A stretch of 64,000 nt of DNA from Haplodiscus bocki (lineage: Eukaryota): positions 4,712,001 through 4,776,000 of the forward strand of contig OZ296649.1 of the NCBI GenBank assembly GCA_965655095.1, written 5' to 3'. Below the pieces are notes generated by a model. It was not told the DNA's origin and did not search any database. It was given only the letters and a program-made list of their open reading frames with translations. This document shows positions 26,481 through 37,872 of the stretch, piece after piece (the first letter of the stretch is position 1; each line of letters starts with the position of its first letter). Made by a program: the position numbers and the translations under genes.

Positions 26481-27784
26481 ATCAAAGGGTTGAGAATTGT
26501 TCATATCATTAAACTTATTAAACATAAAAAAGATAGACCGCATGGTATCGTTAAAAGTAATGTTGGTATAAATGCATCAACATTATCTTCATTGTCTGTA
26601 CATTTAGTGAATGTGATAATATCACAATCATCAGTTAATTTCAGCACATACATTTATAGAACATTAAATGGAATATTACAATCTTTTCTGATTAAGAGAG
26701 GGTTAATAATTCTATCTAGCGAATTTATTGATCAGGAATTTTAGAATTTATCATATTTATTTTTAATTCGACCAGTTGCATAGGCTGTTTAATATAATGT
26801 TCTTATGTCGTGTCTCTAAAAGAATTTTTAAAACTAATTCGCCTTTCAATTACCTGATCTTGATTGGTTTTAGACAACATTACTTTTCTCGGAATATAAA
26901 ATTTATAAAGTAAAATTGACCGAGGTTTAGTTCTAATATATCTAGCGCGATTTGTAGCATTTAATAATTTTAAAAAAGATCGGACCTGACGTTCCTCAAA
27001 ATGTTTATTACAGATATTAACAAGTTTTGTCAATATTTCGTCAACTTTATCAAGATCGAGATTTCAAACAACATATCTTGATATAAAAGAGTCGTTGAAC
27101 TGAGTATGGGTCATAGATTTAAAATGGTTATCTTTTGATGTAGATTCCATTCTTTTATCACATAAATGACAAAAATAAGGTCATTTAATAACATTGAAAT
27201 CATCAACGTGTTCTTATATTTTCATGTGCTTGATGTTTCTCATAAACATCAAAAACATTAACGTTTTCCTATATTTTTTCATTTGTTTGATAATAATAAC
27301 ATTAACGTAATCTTATAAACTTCAATCTTTCTGGACAATGACGAGCAAGTTGTTTGTAATAATTTAACAAATTCGATCATGTGTTAACAAGGAAACAAGG
27401 AATAGTCTTATACTGATGGAGCTAATATTCAAGTGAACTGTTGGAGCGATTGAACGATGGTGAGCATGATGTATGATATCAGAAAGTTTTTAAAATAACT
27501 CTACTGGCCAACTTTCTGATCTACTTTCTTCAACAAATCAGAGTGAGCCTTCCTGGCAGAGTTCCCCGTCGATCTAGTCAACTGTTTCAAGCATCAAAAT
27601 GTAGACAGTTCCTCCATATAGCTTTTGTGCATGATGAGGACAAAGGCAGGGGGACGTTGGCTAATAGTGAACCCCAAACACTATGACTACCAATCAAGCA
27701 TAGTCTTAACTTTAGCCAATGTCACAGAAACCACTAGGCTATAGGACGCAGAATAGAAAATGAGAAACTAGAATAAATTGACAT

Positions 27785-27910
27785 ACTCTGTTATGTCGAC
27801 ATAACTGGTAGTGGTGAATTTTTCAGTCTAGTCTTTGTCAACAAAGTTGGTAGTGGTATTTTTCAATCTCGTGCAGGTTCTGTTATGTCAACATATTTGG
27901 TATTGCAGTC
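27785..27910 (+). repeat. Three degenerate ~45-bp subterminal repeats containing the palindrome GTTATGTCGACATAAC
   Basis: GTTATGTCGACATAACTGGTAGTGGT, TTTGTCAACAAAGTTGGTAGTGGT, GTTATGTCAACATATTTGGTATTG. Confidence 0.6.
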
Positions 27911-27959
27911 TCGCTTACAAGGTAAAAGAGCATGTGTAATACTTTTATTGATTCTATGT

Positions 27960-28199
27960 TCAAATAAACCCAATAAATTGTAGAGGGAATATTCATGTGT
28001 TGTAGAAAAAAATGTAAGTAAAATGTTTTTTTTCTCATTCCTGTATACACCTATTCATAAAACTAATCAAAACTTTTTTAGCAAACTTATTTTCTTCTAC
28101 TGTGTACCCCCCTTGATATAATATAATTTCCTATTAACTCTTTTCACATAGTTTGTGCGGTGCACGTGTCGGGCTTCATATGCTTATTTATACACTACT
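27960..28199 (-). repeat. Right TIR of Polinton B
   Basis: Ends in ...TACACTACT; inverse of 13271-13506. Confidence 0.85.
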
Positions 28200-30509
28200 C
28201 ACGTTGTAGAAATTTCAATTCAAAATCGGAAATTTTATACAAATTTTCGTTCACAGTCTACCTTTTTTTCAGAAAAATCGTTCAATTCGAAGTCTGCGTT
28301 TTTTGAAAAAAAAAGTTAAAAATCAGACTTTCCTCGAAAAAGTTTTCTTGAAAATCATGCTTTCAAAAAAGCAAAAAATGAACTTCTATCCTTTTTTCGG
28401 AGTATCTTGTGTCAAAGCGTGATTTTTATCATGTAATTTTTTCTCAGAGTCTTTTTTTCACAGAAATTCAACAAAAAAATTTGATTTTGAATAAATATTT
28501 CTTCTTCAAAATTGGACTTTTTGAATCATTTCAAAAACTGAAAAGACGAAAACAAAAGTTATTTCGAAAAATGACGCGTTGTATGTTTCTACTTCACAAT
28601 CTGACAAGACGGAAATTTTTTTCCAGAATCTGACGCGTTGTACAATTTCTGATTCACAATTTGTTTTCTAAATTGTCTTTCAAGTTATAGCATGAAAAAG
28701 TCTCATTTGGAAAAAGAAAATAAAGGATGCCACCGTTTGTTCCCCTATAATTGGCGGAACCTGTTTTTTTGTTGGTTTCCTAATTGTTGTGGGACTGATG
28801 ACGGTCGTGATGACATTTAGACTACCAAAAGACATCTGCCAATTTTTTTAGGAGTCGAAAAAAAACGTTAATTTAAAAAAGTTTCTTTTTGAAAGTCACT
28901 AGGCGACTTGAACAAACTCACACGGCTTTTGAAACTACTTCCATAACAAACCAGGAAACAATAAACAATTTTGAATAAATCCAGTTGGTCAAATTTATTC
29001 TATCTAACTTGTTCAATACTTCATGCCAACGCTGAAACACTCGTTTGTGTTTATTTCGTCTTTTTGGAAGAGCTCACAAAATGCTTTTCGTACTTTTCCC
29101 TCAAAAGTTCCTTTTCGGCAATGATAGGCATTCTTTGCACTCCTCTGTTTGGTTGCTTGAAATAAACTGCTCTTTGCACATTACCAAACACTTGACCACT
29201 CTTGACAACAATTTTTCAGCTGAATCGACACTTGAACAGTGTATAGGGAGAGTCCAGGTGTTGTTATGTGAAACACAATGCGTCCAATTTCTGTAGCAAC
29301 TCTTCAACGGTGCCTAACTATAAATGTGATATCTGCAATTGGGCAGAAACCTCATTTTGTCACCGTGGTGGGCAATACAGTACTTTTTGTCAAAATGAAA
29401 TTTCCATTTGAGTTTTTAGAAATAAAAAAATGTTTCTTCAATATTTTGCATTAGGCTTTGTCCCACTTGTAACATTGCAGCCGCCATCTGAATGTTCAGA
29501 CGTTTTCTGAACAAATGAATCCGAAAAAAATTCAAAACTATTTTTTGTACAAGACCACAAAACAAAGAAAAAGATTCCATATTTTAGGTGCCCTCGACTT
29601 TTTTTCCTTTTTTCCGAAAACACCACGGGACAATGACCAAGAAAGAAGCATATGCAAGCAACAACTCCAATATCATTCTCTAACCTTCAATTTGTAAAAC
29701 TTCATTTTTACTTTTTCCAGCTACACGCGTTATATCTCGACAACCGAAACACATGGTTTACAACACTATTGCCACCTTGAACAAGTTAACCTGTACCGAC
29801 TGTGTGGATTTTGGAAAATGTTGGGATAATTTTGGGAGAAGACGGATCCTCCTGGTCCAAAATTGACTCCAACGACTTGCATGTAAGACTCAAAGTTTTC
29901 TAGGAGGGTGATAACAAAAAATTTTGACCGGTAAGAAATGTTACAATGGGAGAGTCAGATATCAACCATTTCATGCAGTTTTGGCATAGAGCAATTTTTC
30001 CCCATTTAGATACCAGCAATGTCCAAAACATGAATGAACGACTCAAACTGGCTCATGTGGTGGTTGACTTCGTGGATTGTCCAAACAGACCTTCATGTGT
30101 GACTATGCTCCAGGACAATGAGGACATGCCAGGGAGTTCATATGCTAAAGTCCAATATTTTGCAAGATAGAAAGAGGAAGAAACATTTTAACAACTTATT
30201 CATGCGAAATTATAACTTGATGAACTTATTCATCTACTCTATGTAACAGTTTCTGTATATGAAAAATTTTTCGCCAATCAGTCCACTTTTAATGTTTTTT
30301 AAAAAAAGTTTTTCAACTTTTTATCTTTCATTTTTTTTCCTTTCCGAACCAGGACGAAGAGGAACAGTGAAGATGATAGAAAACGTTTTCTCAGGCTAAG
30401 TTTGAAATTGAGGCCTTATCATGTGGTACCAACATTTCCAAGAACTTCTCCCGTAAAACTACCAGTAACTGTAGTTGAAATGCAACAATTACCTGACATT
30501 GGAAAGACT
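28200..30509 (+). repeat. Right arm of ~2.3 kb inverted duplication of element-A DNA
   Basis: Begins CACGTTGTAG, the reverse complement of CTACAACGTG at 13261-13270. Similarity stops abruptly after GGAAAGACT. Confidence 0.95.
29753..30300 (+). pseudogene. Element-A hypothetical gene remnant (copy 2)
   Basis: Same broken frame as 11190-11737, including TAG (~29901) and TGA (~29925). Confidence 0.5.
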
Positions 30510-32007
30510 TAACGCAGAACAAAAACTTTTTGTCTAAAATAGAAAAGTTCCTAAGGTAGGACAGAAGTGTGTGTTCAATTCAAACTGATACAGACAAAAT
30601 AAAAAATGACGAGTACCAATATTGAACAATTTCTACCTAAAAGACAGTGACAACTATCTGAAATTGACAGACAGCCAGAAGCTTTTGACAAAACGAGTAT
30701 ATTTACAGAGTTACGTTTCACGTTGACGTTTTTTTCAAGAAGTGCATTGCGCTAGATGAAACAACTAATCATGATTGAAACAAAACTCGTCAAGAATGGA
30801 TGTTCTTTTTCTAATGAGCAGTTTAGGATTCAACTTTGGAATAAAAAGTTCATTTGATCACAATAGTGCTTGCAAAAACTTTTTCTAAGTGCATTTTGCT
30901 GTCGGTATGATAGCTTTTTTGCGCGAGATGGAAAAGAAAATTAAATTTGATGGAACCATTGGTAATGGTGACTTGACTTTGAAAGATAAATTCTGTCTCT
31001 ACAGAGTATTCAGACAACATACAATACTGCATGAAGCTATTCTGCTGAAGGCCCTCGCTACTGTTAGATGATTGGCGGGGGAACAAGTTAATGTCTGCTT
31101 AATCAAGTGATGGGACTTCTCATTTCTCTTCACGTAAGACACTTTTGACCTTCCATTTTTTAGTCAACTTTTAAAACAAAGTGTCTTGCATTTTACTAGA
31201 ATTCGAGCTGGCCTGGTAGATGAAAACGTTATCAAGGAGTTGAAAGTTTGTTGACGGGAATGTTTGGAGTTACTCATTTCCTCCTCCAAAGAAACACTCC
31301 CACAGAACAAGCATTGTGTTGTGATGAGTTTTGCACAGATTTGTGTCGCACAATAGATGTTTGGATTACAATGAGCTTCCCAACATTCTTCTCACAGAGG
31401 TAATGGCTGAATACTTGGCAAAAAAGACAGAAGCTTGCAAGATTCTTGACAATTGATTGGGCGAAGAGTTGGAACACTTTGATGAACACGGCTGTTCCAA
31501 AGTTCGAGATTTTGTTGATACTAAAATATATGAAGAAAAGGAGAATTGCTTCCGATAACTTTTTCGAACACAAAGCCATACTTCATCGAGCACAGCGCAA
31601 CGCAAAAATCCTTGGTAACTGGAATGCAGCGTTCGAAATTGTAACTTTTGCATTGTGAAATTTGTTGTCAGTACCTACCTAACTAAAGAACCTAAAAAGT
31701 TTCAACATTTATTCTGAGATTCTTTTTTGAGTGATTGAGCGTATAAACTAAATGACTGATCAAAGAGGAAACATTAACTTGAGCAAAGTTGTCTTTGACG
31801 ACAAAAATCAAGAGAGAAGATCGTGGGTCTGTTGGCGTCAAACACGTTCCAGATCTTTTTTTGTCTTTATGTGCCACCTTTTTGTATTTTTGATGTTTAG
31901 GTTTAGTTGCCTTGAAGAATTCATTGTTCAAAAACTTCTGACGAATCAACTGTTTGAGTGGAGGTATTTTGTACTGCTGCAGTACACCTTTTACCGTCAC
32001 CAACACT

Positions 32008-32560
32008 ATGAACAATCGGATTACTAGAAAAAAATTGGAGTCTTTTGATCCTTGGTCGGTCTGTCGAAGACGGGAAAATCGAAGTTAGTTGTAATTGCCT
32101 TAAATTAGAAACTTTCAATCAGAATTTATCAAAGTTAACTTTTTCTAACTTTTTCTTTTTCATTTTTTTTCATAACTCCCAGCAATTTTACGATGTTATG
32201 CAAAAAGAAACTGAAAATTTCCAGTTGGTTTATTGTGTAAATTTTGTTTTTATCGCTTCGTTGAAAAGCAATGGGACAATTTACTTGTTACACCTTGACG
32301 ATTCTTGTAACAAGCTTCAACGTCTGTTGCCTACGGTCCTTGATTGATTGACTTGTCGCCATCAACAAACGATAAACCACGTTACTGTACAAACAGCGGA
32401 TCCATTCCTTCGAAGATTCAGATGCCTGAACGGTTGCAACATTTGAAACTTTAGGACCAAGAACACACAAAACTTCTTTATTCTCCGTTGCTCCAATAGT
32501 CCTCCTACAAAAATAAAGGTCCTTTGCCCCAATCTTTTCCAAAAGAGTTCATTCGGTCTC
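32008..32560 (+). pseudogene. A32/FtsK-like packaging ATPase of Polinton A (internally deleted)
   Basis: Walker A LVGLSKTGKS (~32052-32081); Walker B YLLHLDDS (~32282-32305). Confidence 0.8.
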
Positions 32561-33159
32561 TGTGTGCATAATGAACTTGCTCCACGGGAGCTTGCAAAGT
32601 ATAGAGAGACACTAGTGGCAAAATTTCATAAACAAGTGTTGTCATTATCTCTAAAGCGAACAACTTGGAACCGAATAGGAGACGTTTTGACGTCCGAAAC
32701 AGGCTTGCAACTAATAAAAGTCATTTTTCATCAACCATCTGTCATAATATGGAGAAGTCTGATCTCGCCCCTGCTTCTGCGTGCAACAAGGCTTCGATGA
32801 CGCAATAACTTAGAAAGCAGGAATTACCAAGGTTTCAACCTCAAAAAATCCCACGTACCAAATTGGTTCGCTGAGAAAAGAAAAAAAAACACGAAAATTT
32901 GTTTGCTCAAGCTGACTCACTAATGTATAAAGTTTCATCTTGTTCACGTTTTATGCCTTCAACACCTCACAATCAATGTCTTTGGATGGTGTAGAAACTT
33001 GAGACTTAGAGTCAGATTTTGCTTAACAACTGCATCCTAAAAACGCAGACGTCCCGGACATTTACTTTACTTTACTTGACGCTGCTGTTATATCTCCAAC
33101 TCTGGTTCTCAATCAAAACTTTGAAGGCAAAGAGAAGGAAAGCTGAGTCTCTTTCAAAA

Positions 33160-34040
33160 TGTGAATGTCAAAACCAGCAGCAGCTGTACACACAAGATGG
33201 TGATGGTTATGAGTCTGTGCGCAATTTAGTGAAAACTAGCTCAAGTTTAAGGCAAGTTTTGCATTCAAACCCTTCCTATACAGAATATAATCTGGTCACT
33301 AGTAAAATCAAGGGAAAGAAGGGCTTTGCATTATTCAAAAACGAGATTTGCTCGACGGATCCGGCATGTGTTGATAAACGTGCAAACGATAAATTCAGTG
33401 GAAATTAAATACCAAATCGTCATGATTTGTTTGATAGAACCGTAGATGCAAAAGGAAAGAAAACAAAAGATTCCAAAGATTCTGGTAGGTCATTTTCAAC
33501 CATGTTTACAGAAAGAACCAACCAAAAAACTATTGGGTTGAGAAGGGCACATATTTTGTTGGAGAGCCTGAAAAGCTTTCCAAAGCTGAAGGAATAGAAA
33601 TTATTTCTACAACGAGTGAAACCAAAGCTGCTTTTGCTGAACGTACAATACGATCCTTGAAAAAACTTTTTGCCGTGGAAGACTATGGATACAAGTACAT
33701 TCACAAATCGTCACATATCGTCACAACTCTGAATTTCAAAAAAGTTTGCTTGATAGACTTGATACGAAAGAGTTTCAAGAATTCTGACTCTTTCTCCATT
33801 CTGTATAGCGAGGCACTACGAGTATATAGAGAACTCTAGTTGAAAACTTTACACACAGAACAAATCTCCAAGTAAGGTTTACCCTTCAGGAAGGGTCATA
33901 GGCGACAACTCAAGCAGTAAATTTGTGAAAGTGTGGCAAATGTTTCCAAAAAACCACTATCATACACATTAAAAGATGAACGAGAAGAGATGCTACGTCA
34001 AAAACTTCACCAAAAAAAGTTCTTCAAAGTCTTTTATAAA
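33160..34040 (+). pseudogene. rve integrase of Polinton A
   Basis: LYTQ..YESVRNLVK...LHSNPSYT...FKNEICSTD.ACVDK; RHDLFDRTVDAKGKKTKDSK; ETKAAFAERTIRSLK; FRKGH...YTLKD. Confidence 0.85.
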
Positions 34041-34829
34041 AAGAATCGCAGAAAATACTGTTGGTTTCTAATGCATCTGCACAACTATTTCCACACTCAG
34101 CTCTTATAGAGACATTTTTCAGGAGCAACTGAATCTACCGGAGCAATGGGAAGTTGGAATTTTGGAAATGTCCTATCTTTTAAAATACCAAAATGTTGCA
34201 GAGAGAAATCTTATATCTGGTTTAAAAAACCTTTCAAAGTACTCAGAATTTTACAATCTGGAAGCCGGTTTTTACTTTTGTATTACGAATATCGTTGAAC
34301 AAATGAACGCATTCCTTTATGAACAACACATTCGCACTAAAAACGGTATCGTAGTTAAAGTGCCCCAAGGACGCAAAAAGTAGAGACTTACCGTTCAAAT
34401 GAAAAGTCTAGTCTTTTACTCCTTAGTACGGAATTGGGACGAACTTATGGAAGTAATGAAGGCGATGATTTTGGGGTGATGTTGAAAGGAAAAGGACCTC
34501 AAGAACCAAAAGTCACTTACGACATTGTTGGCATACATTCTCTCATGATATACTAACACCACTTTGAGTACAAAATTCTTGGCGACACAAGAGCTCCTTA
34601 ACTGCGTTGTTTTTTTAATTTCAAAAGTAAAAGTTGTCGATATTATAAATACTGGACAGTAGATGACCTACGAGACCGCTTTTGAACTACAATCCTAACC
34701 GCGGCTCCAAATTCTTTTCGTGGTACTTATGTGGAATTGAGAGAAATGAGTGGGTAAGCACGCTTAATATCTTTCGCTATGACTCGTGTTATTCAGTTGT
34801 TTAGGAAAATCTCTAACATTCATTTCTAA
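34040..34829 (+). pseudogene. Minor capsid (penton-like) protein of Polinton A
   Basis: LVSNASAQLF...QEQLNLPEQWEVGILEMSY...LEAGFY..IT.IVEQMN...SLMIY...EYKILGDTRAP.LR. Confidence 0.8.
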
Positions 34830-34849
34830 CGTCAAATACGTCCCAAAAA

Positions 34850-35229
34850 GGTTGCATCAAGACAAGCAGTGATTCAAATCTATAGAGGTATTGGTCTACA
34901 GCGCAGAAGGGGATTCGATGCACTTGCAAAAGTTACAAGGAGAACGGTTTTTCCATTTTTGTGCCATTTTGTCGTCCCAGTTGCAGAATGTGTAGGTTCT
35001 GACTTGCTGGAAGTTGCTCTGCCAGAAGTTGCAGAGGCTCTTAGTAGTAGAAAAAATTTCAAGACAGCTGCAAATAGTGTGGGAAGATAAACTCTGAGAA
35101 AACAGCTGTGTAGTGGTAGCAGAAAATAAAAGGCAGTCGTAAAAGAGAATTACAAGCGTCCGGTAAGTAGGCAAGCGAGCTGAGTCATTCCAACAAACAG
35201 AATCTGCAAAACAGTCAGTCGGTCGTGAG
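34850..35229 (+). pseudogene. Small basic core/membrane-lytic-like protein of Polinton A
   Basis: YRGIGLQRRRGFDALAKV.R...PFL...VVPVA..VGSDLL...RKNFKTAANSVGR between the minor and major capsid genes, the usual position and pattern (Q.G.G-like) in Polintons. Confidence 0.65.
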
Positions 35230-35263
35230 GAGAAATTTTTTTTTCAACCATTTCTCACTGATC

Positions 35264-37038
35264 ATGTCGAGAAATTTTCGGTACCAACCTTTGTGGCAGA
35301 TTCTGGAAATCTTGGAGGAAAAGTTGAGGTTTTTGACGATTTCTTGCCCTCTCACGGACAAGATATTCATCCTACTACCTCACTCAATTAAAACTGCATA
35401 GAGTTTGAATTTCAAACGGATCGGGACTATTACGTTGATTTGAGGCGAAGATTCCTGGCTTTCAAAGTGAAAGTGGTGTATGGTTACAAAACTTAAAATA
35501 CCGAAGCAGTTAAAAATCAGGAAAAACAAGAATCAAAGGAGACTGCANNNNNNNNNNNNNNNNNNNNNNNNNNNNNNNNNNNNNNNNNNNNNNNNNNNNN
35601 NNNNNNNNNNNNNNNNNNNNNNNNNNNNNNNNNNNNNNNNNNNNNNNNNNNNNNNNNNNNNNNNNNNNNNNNNNNNNNNNNNNNNNNNNNNNNNNNNNNN
35701 NNNNNNNNNNNNNNNNNNNNNNNNNNNNNNNNNNNNNNNNNNNNNNNNNNNNNNNNNNNNNNNNNNNNNNNNNNNNNNNNNNNNNNNNNNNNNNNNNNNN
35801 NNNNNNNNNNNNNNNNNNNNNNNNNNNNNNNNNNNNNNNNNNNNNNNNNNNNNNNNNNNNNNNNNNNNNNNNNNNNNNNNNNNNNNNNNNNNNNNNNNNN
35901 NNNNNNNNNNNNNNNNNNNNNNNNNNNNNNNNNNNNNNNNNNNNNNNNNNNNNNNNNNNNNNNNNNNNNNNNNNNNNNNNNNNNNNNNNNNNNNNNNNNN
36001 NNNNNNNNNNNNNNNNNNNNNNNNNNNNNNNNTCTGCTTACTCATGAAAAAACATTCTGCATTCAATGTTTTAATATGTCGAGGTGTATATCAACAACCA
36101 GCAAATCTATAACTCCATTGGATTGTATGCACACAAGTCTTACTTTTCCAACAACTGCAAGGAGTCATCTTCGAATGTAGACGAATTTTGTACTCTGAAA
36201 GGTATGACTTTGAAAGACTTTCTGATGGTTTCATGGAGAAACTCTTGTCGGATCCATTTCTTACAGGGAAAATGAAAATGCTTAGTAGACTCGATGGTTT
36301 TTGTTGTATGACAAATTATGAGTTGACATTTTCTCCAATTCTGATTTGCTATATTTAACAATCGAAGAACTACGACTAATCACAGCCAGACCTAATATTT
36401 ATATGCATAGCGACAACCCCAGCGTTAGTCGTGGAATTGTTGATTTCTACACTCGCAGTCAAGGATGATTGTCACAAGAGAAGAACACACATTTTTGCAT
36501 AAATTCTCGTGGATTTCAACTATTTGGAGATTCTAGCAAAGAAATTCATCATTCCCGCCAGGCAAAATCAGTTCATTCGAGGAAAACGTTTTCAACAAGG
36601 CTCCAGTTCGTCGGATTGATTTTGCAATGAATAGCAACTCTCCATTCACTGGATCTTACACGGTAAATTCATTCTGGTATCATCAATTTGATCGCAAAAA
36701 AATTAGAATACTCAGAGGTGGTCAGCCTCTGGTAGATTTTGATGCTGCTAGTATTCGTTTCCTATAAAATTCGAGAAAAAAAACAATGAACTTTCAAAAT
36801 GATATCCCCTCAATTCCATTTTGATAACTTCAAAGACCACTATGTACTAGTGTTTCATTTGACTTCGATGCAAGATGCTACTGAAAATTGTCAGTACCCA
36901 GAACTATTTGGAGAACCACTGAGGCTGGAGCTAAACTTTACTTTTCCTCTAGAACAGGTTACTGAACCCATTTTATTGGGAGAAAGAATGTCTTCGGTTG
37001 CAGTTGACAAGTTTGGTGTTGTAGGAAAAAACATCTAA
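35264..37038 (+). pseudogene. Major capsid (double jelly-roll, hexon-like) protein of Polinton A; spans an N-gap
   Basis: N-terminal IHPTTSL..CIEFEFQTDRDYYVDLR; VYINNQQIYNSIGLYAHKSY; C-terminal HYVLVFHLTSMQD...LRLELNFTFPL..V...LGER.SSVAVD. Confidence 0.8.
35548..36031. other. Assembly gap (N run)
   Basis: Run of n. Confidence 1.
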
Positions 37039-37039
37039 A

Positions 37040-37430
37040 ATGGATAATGTTTCTCTCCAGCAAACAATCAACCGTATCCTACAACTCAAGTATCGGTACC
37101 GTGGCTTTTTTTTGCTCTGACTGTGTGCCAACTCTTGACAATGACACTTTTGCCAATATTAATACGCAACTCAGCATTATGCAGGGTGAGCATTGGATAA
37201 TAAGTGCAACCTCTCATCACAAATTGTTTTTTCTGAGTCACTGGGAAGTGATAAGTGGTTTTCTCCAGCAGCGCTACAAACAAATGTCTTTACAGTCCCA
37301 TCCCTAGCGTTTGTGGTTTCCACACTATATATGCAGCTTTTCATTTCTTCAAGTTCTGACAAGAAGAAATTACCTCTGACTTAGAAGTAACTACTTGTAA
37401 TAATTCATACTTTACAAGGTTTTTGTGATT
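37040..37430 (+). pseudogene. Adenain-like maturation protease of Polinton A
   Basis: MDNVSLQQTINRI..LKYRYRG...FANINTQ....GEHWI...LQSHPSVCGF. Confidence 0.8.
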
Positions 37431-37484
37431 ACTTGTTCTCTCTAATTAACTTTAAACTTTAATACACTCTCTTCACATAGCATT

Positions 37485-37872
37485 AAGTCGCAACAGTATC
37501 CGCAGGCTTTATAATTAGTCCGCACAATAATAATTATCCGCGGGGGCCCTAGAAAAAAGTTCAAAAAAATTTTCGAAGTCTCACAGTGCCGAAAATGAAG
37601 CCTATCTATGCTCGGCTCCCTATCTTAGTACATTACCTAACTGGGACGGGCCCCTATGCTAAAATATTGTCCGTATCTTTTCACATTGAATCGGGTCCCA
37701 ATCTTTATACATTCCCTATCTTAATATATTGACTCCCACCCCCTATCTTAATACATTGCCGAAGCCACACCTTATCTTAATACATAAGTGGAAGACCCAA
37801 CTCGGGATCCTGGGTCTATAGGCTATCTTAACACGTGGGAGTGTCTTCCACCCCAACTGGTCGACTCACTCT
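37485..37872 (-). repeat. Right TIR of Polinton A, with subterminal CCCTATCTTAATACATT repeats
   Basis: At least five CCTATCTTA(A/G)TA(C/T)AT-type units at 37615-37790; terminal GACTCACTCT. Confidence 0.8.

Larger units (their letters stand above)
13271..28199 (-). mobile_element. Polinton/Maverick element B (14.9 kb, AT-rich, degenerate), nested in A
   Basis: Termini AGTAGTGTATAAATAA / TTATTTATACACTACT; ~235 bp TIRs; minus-strand remnants of ATPase, minor capsid, major capsid, protease, integrase and pPolB; abrupt shift to higher AT content. Confidence 0.9.
4082..37872. mobile_element. Polinton/Maverick (adintovirus-like) element A, degenerate, interrupted by element B
   Basis: Inverted ends AGAGTGAGTCAGTCAGTTGGGG (4082) and CCCCAACTGGTCGACTCACTCT (37872). 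Remnants of pPolB, ATPase, integrase, minor and major capsid and protease lie in between. Confidence 0.85.

Noticed and set aside
10983-30509. Outer ends of the inverted arms read AGT...ACT like Polinton termini, suggesting a transposed super-element
   Set aside because: The flanks (TGGTTC / TAACGC) are not a TSD, there is no iterated AGT motif, and a 3-bp match is expected by chance.
35480-36112. ORFs of 210 and 177 aa
   Set aside because: Artefacts of translating through an N-gap.
37600-37830. Regularly spaced repeats resembling a CRISPR array
   Set aside because: Degenerate units within a Polinton TIR, eukaryotic context, no cas genes.
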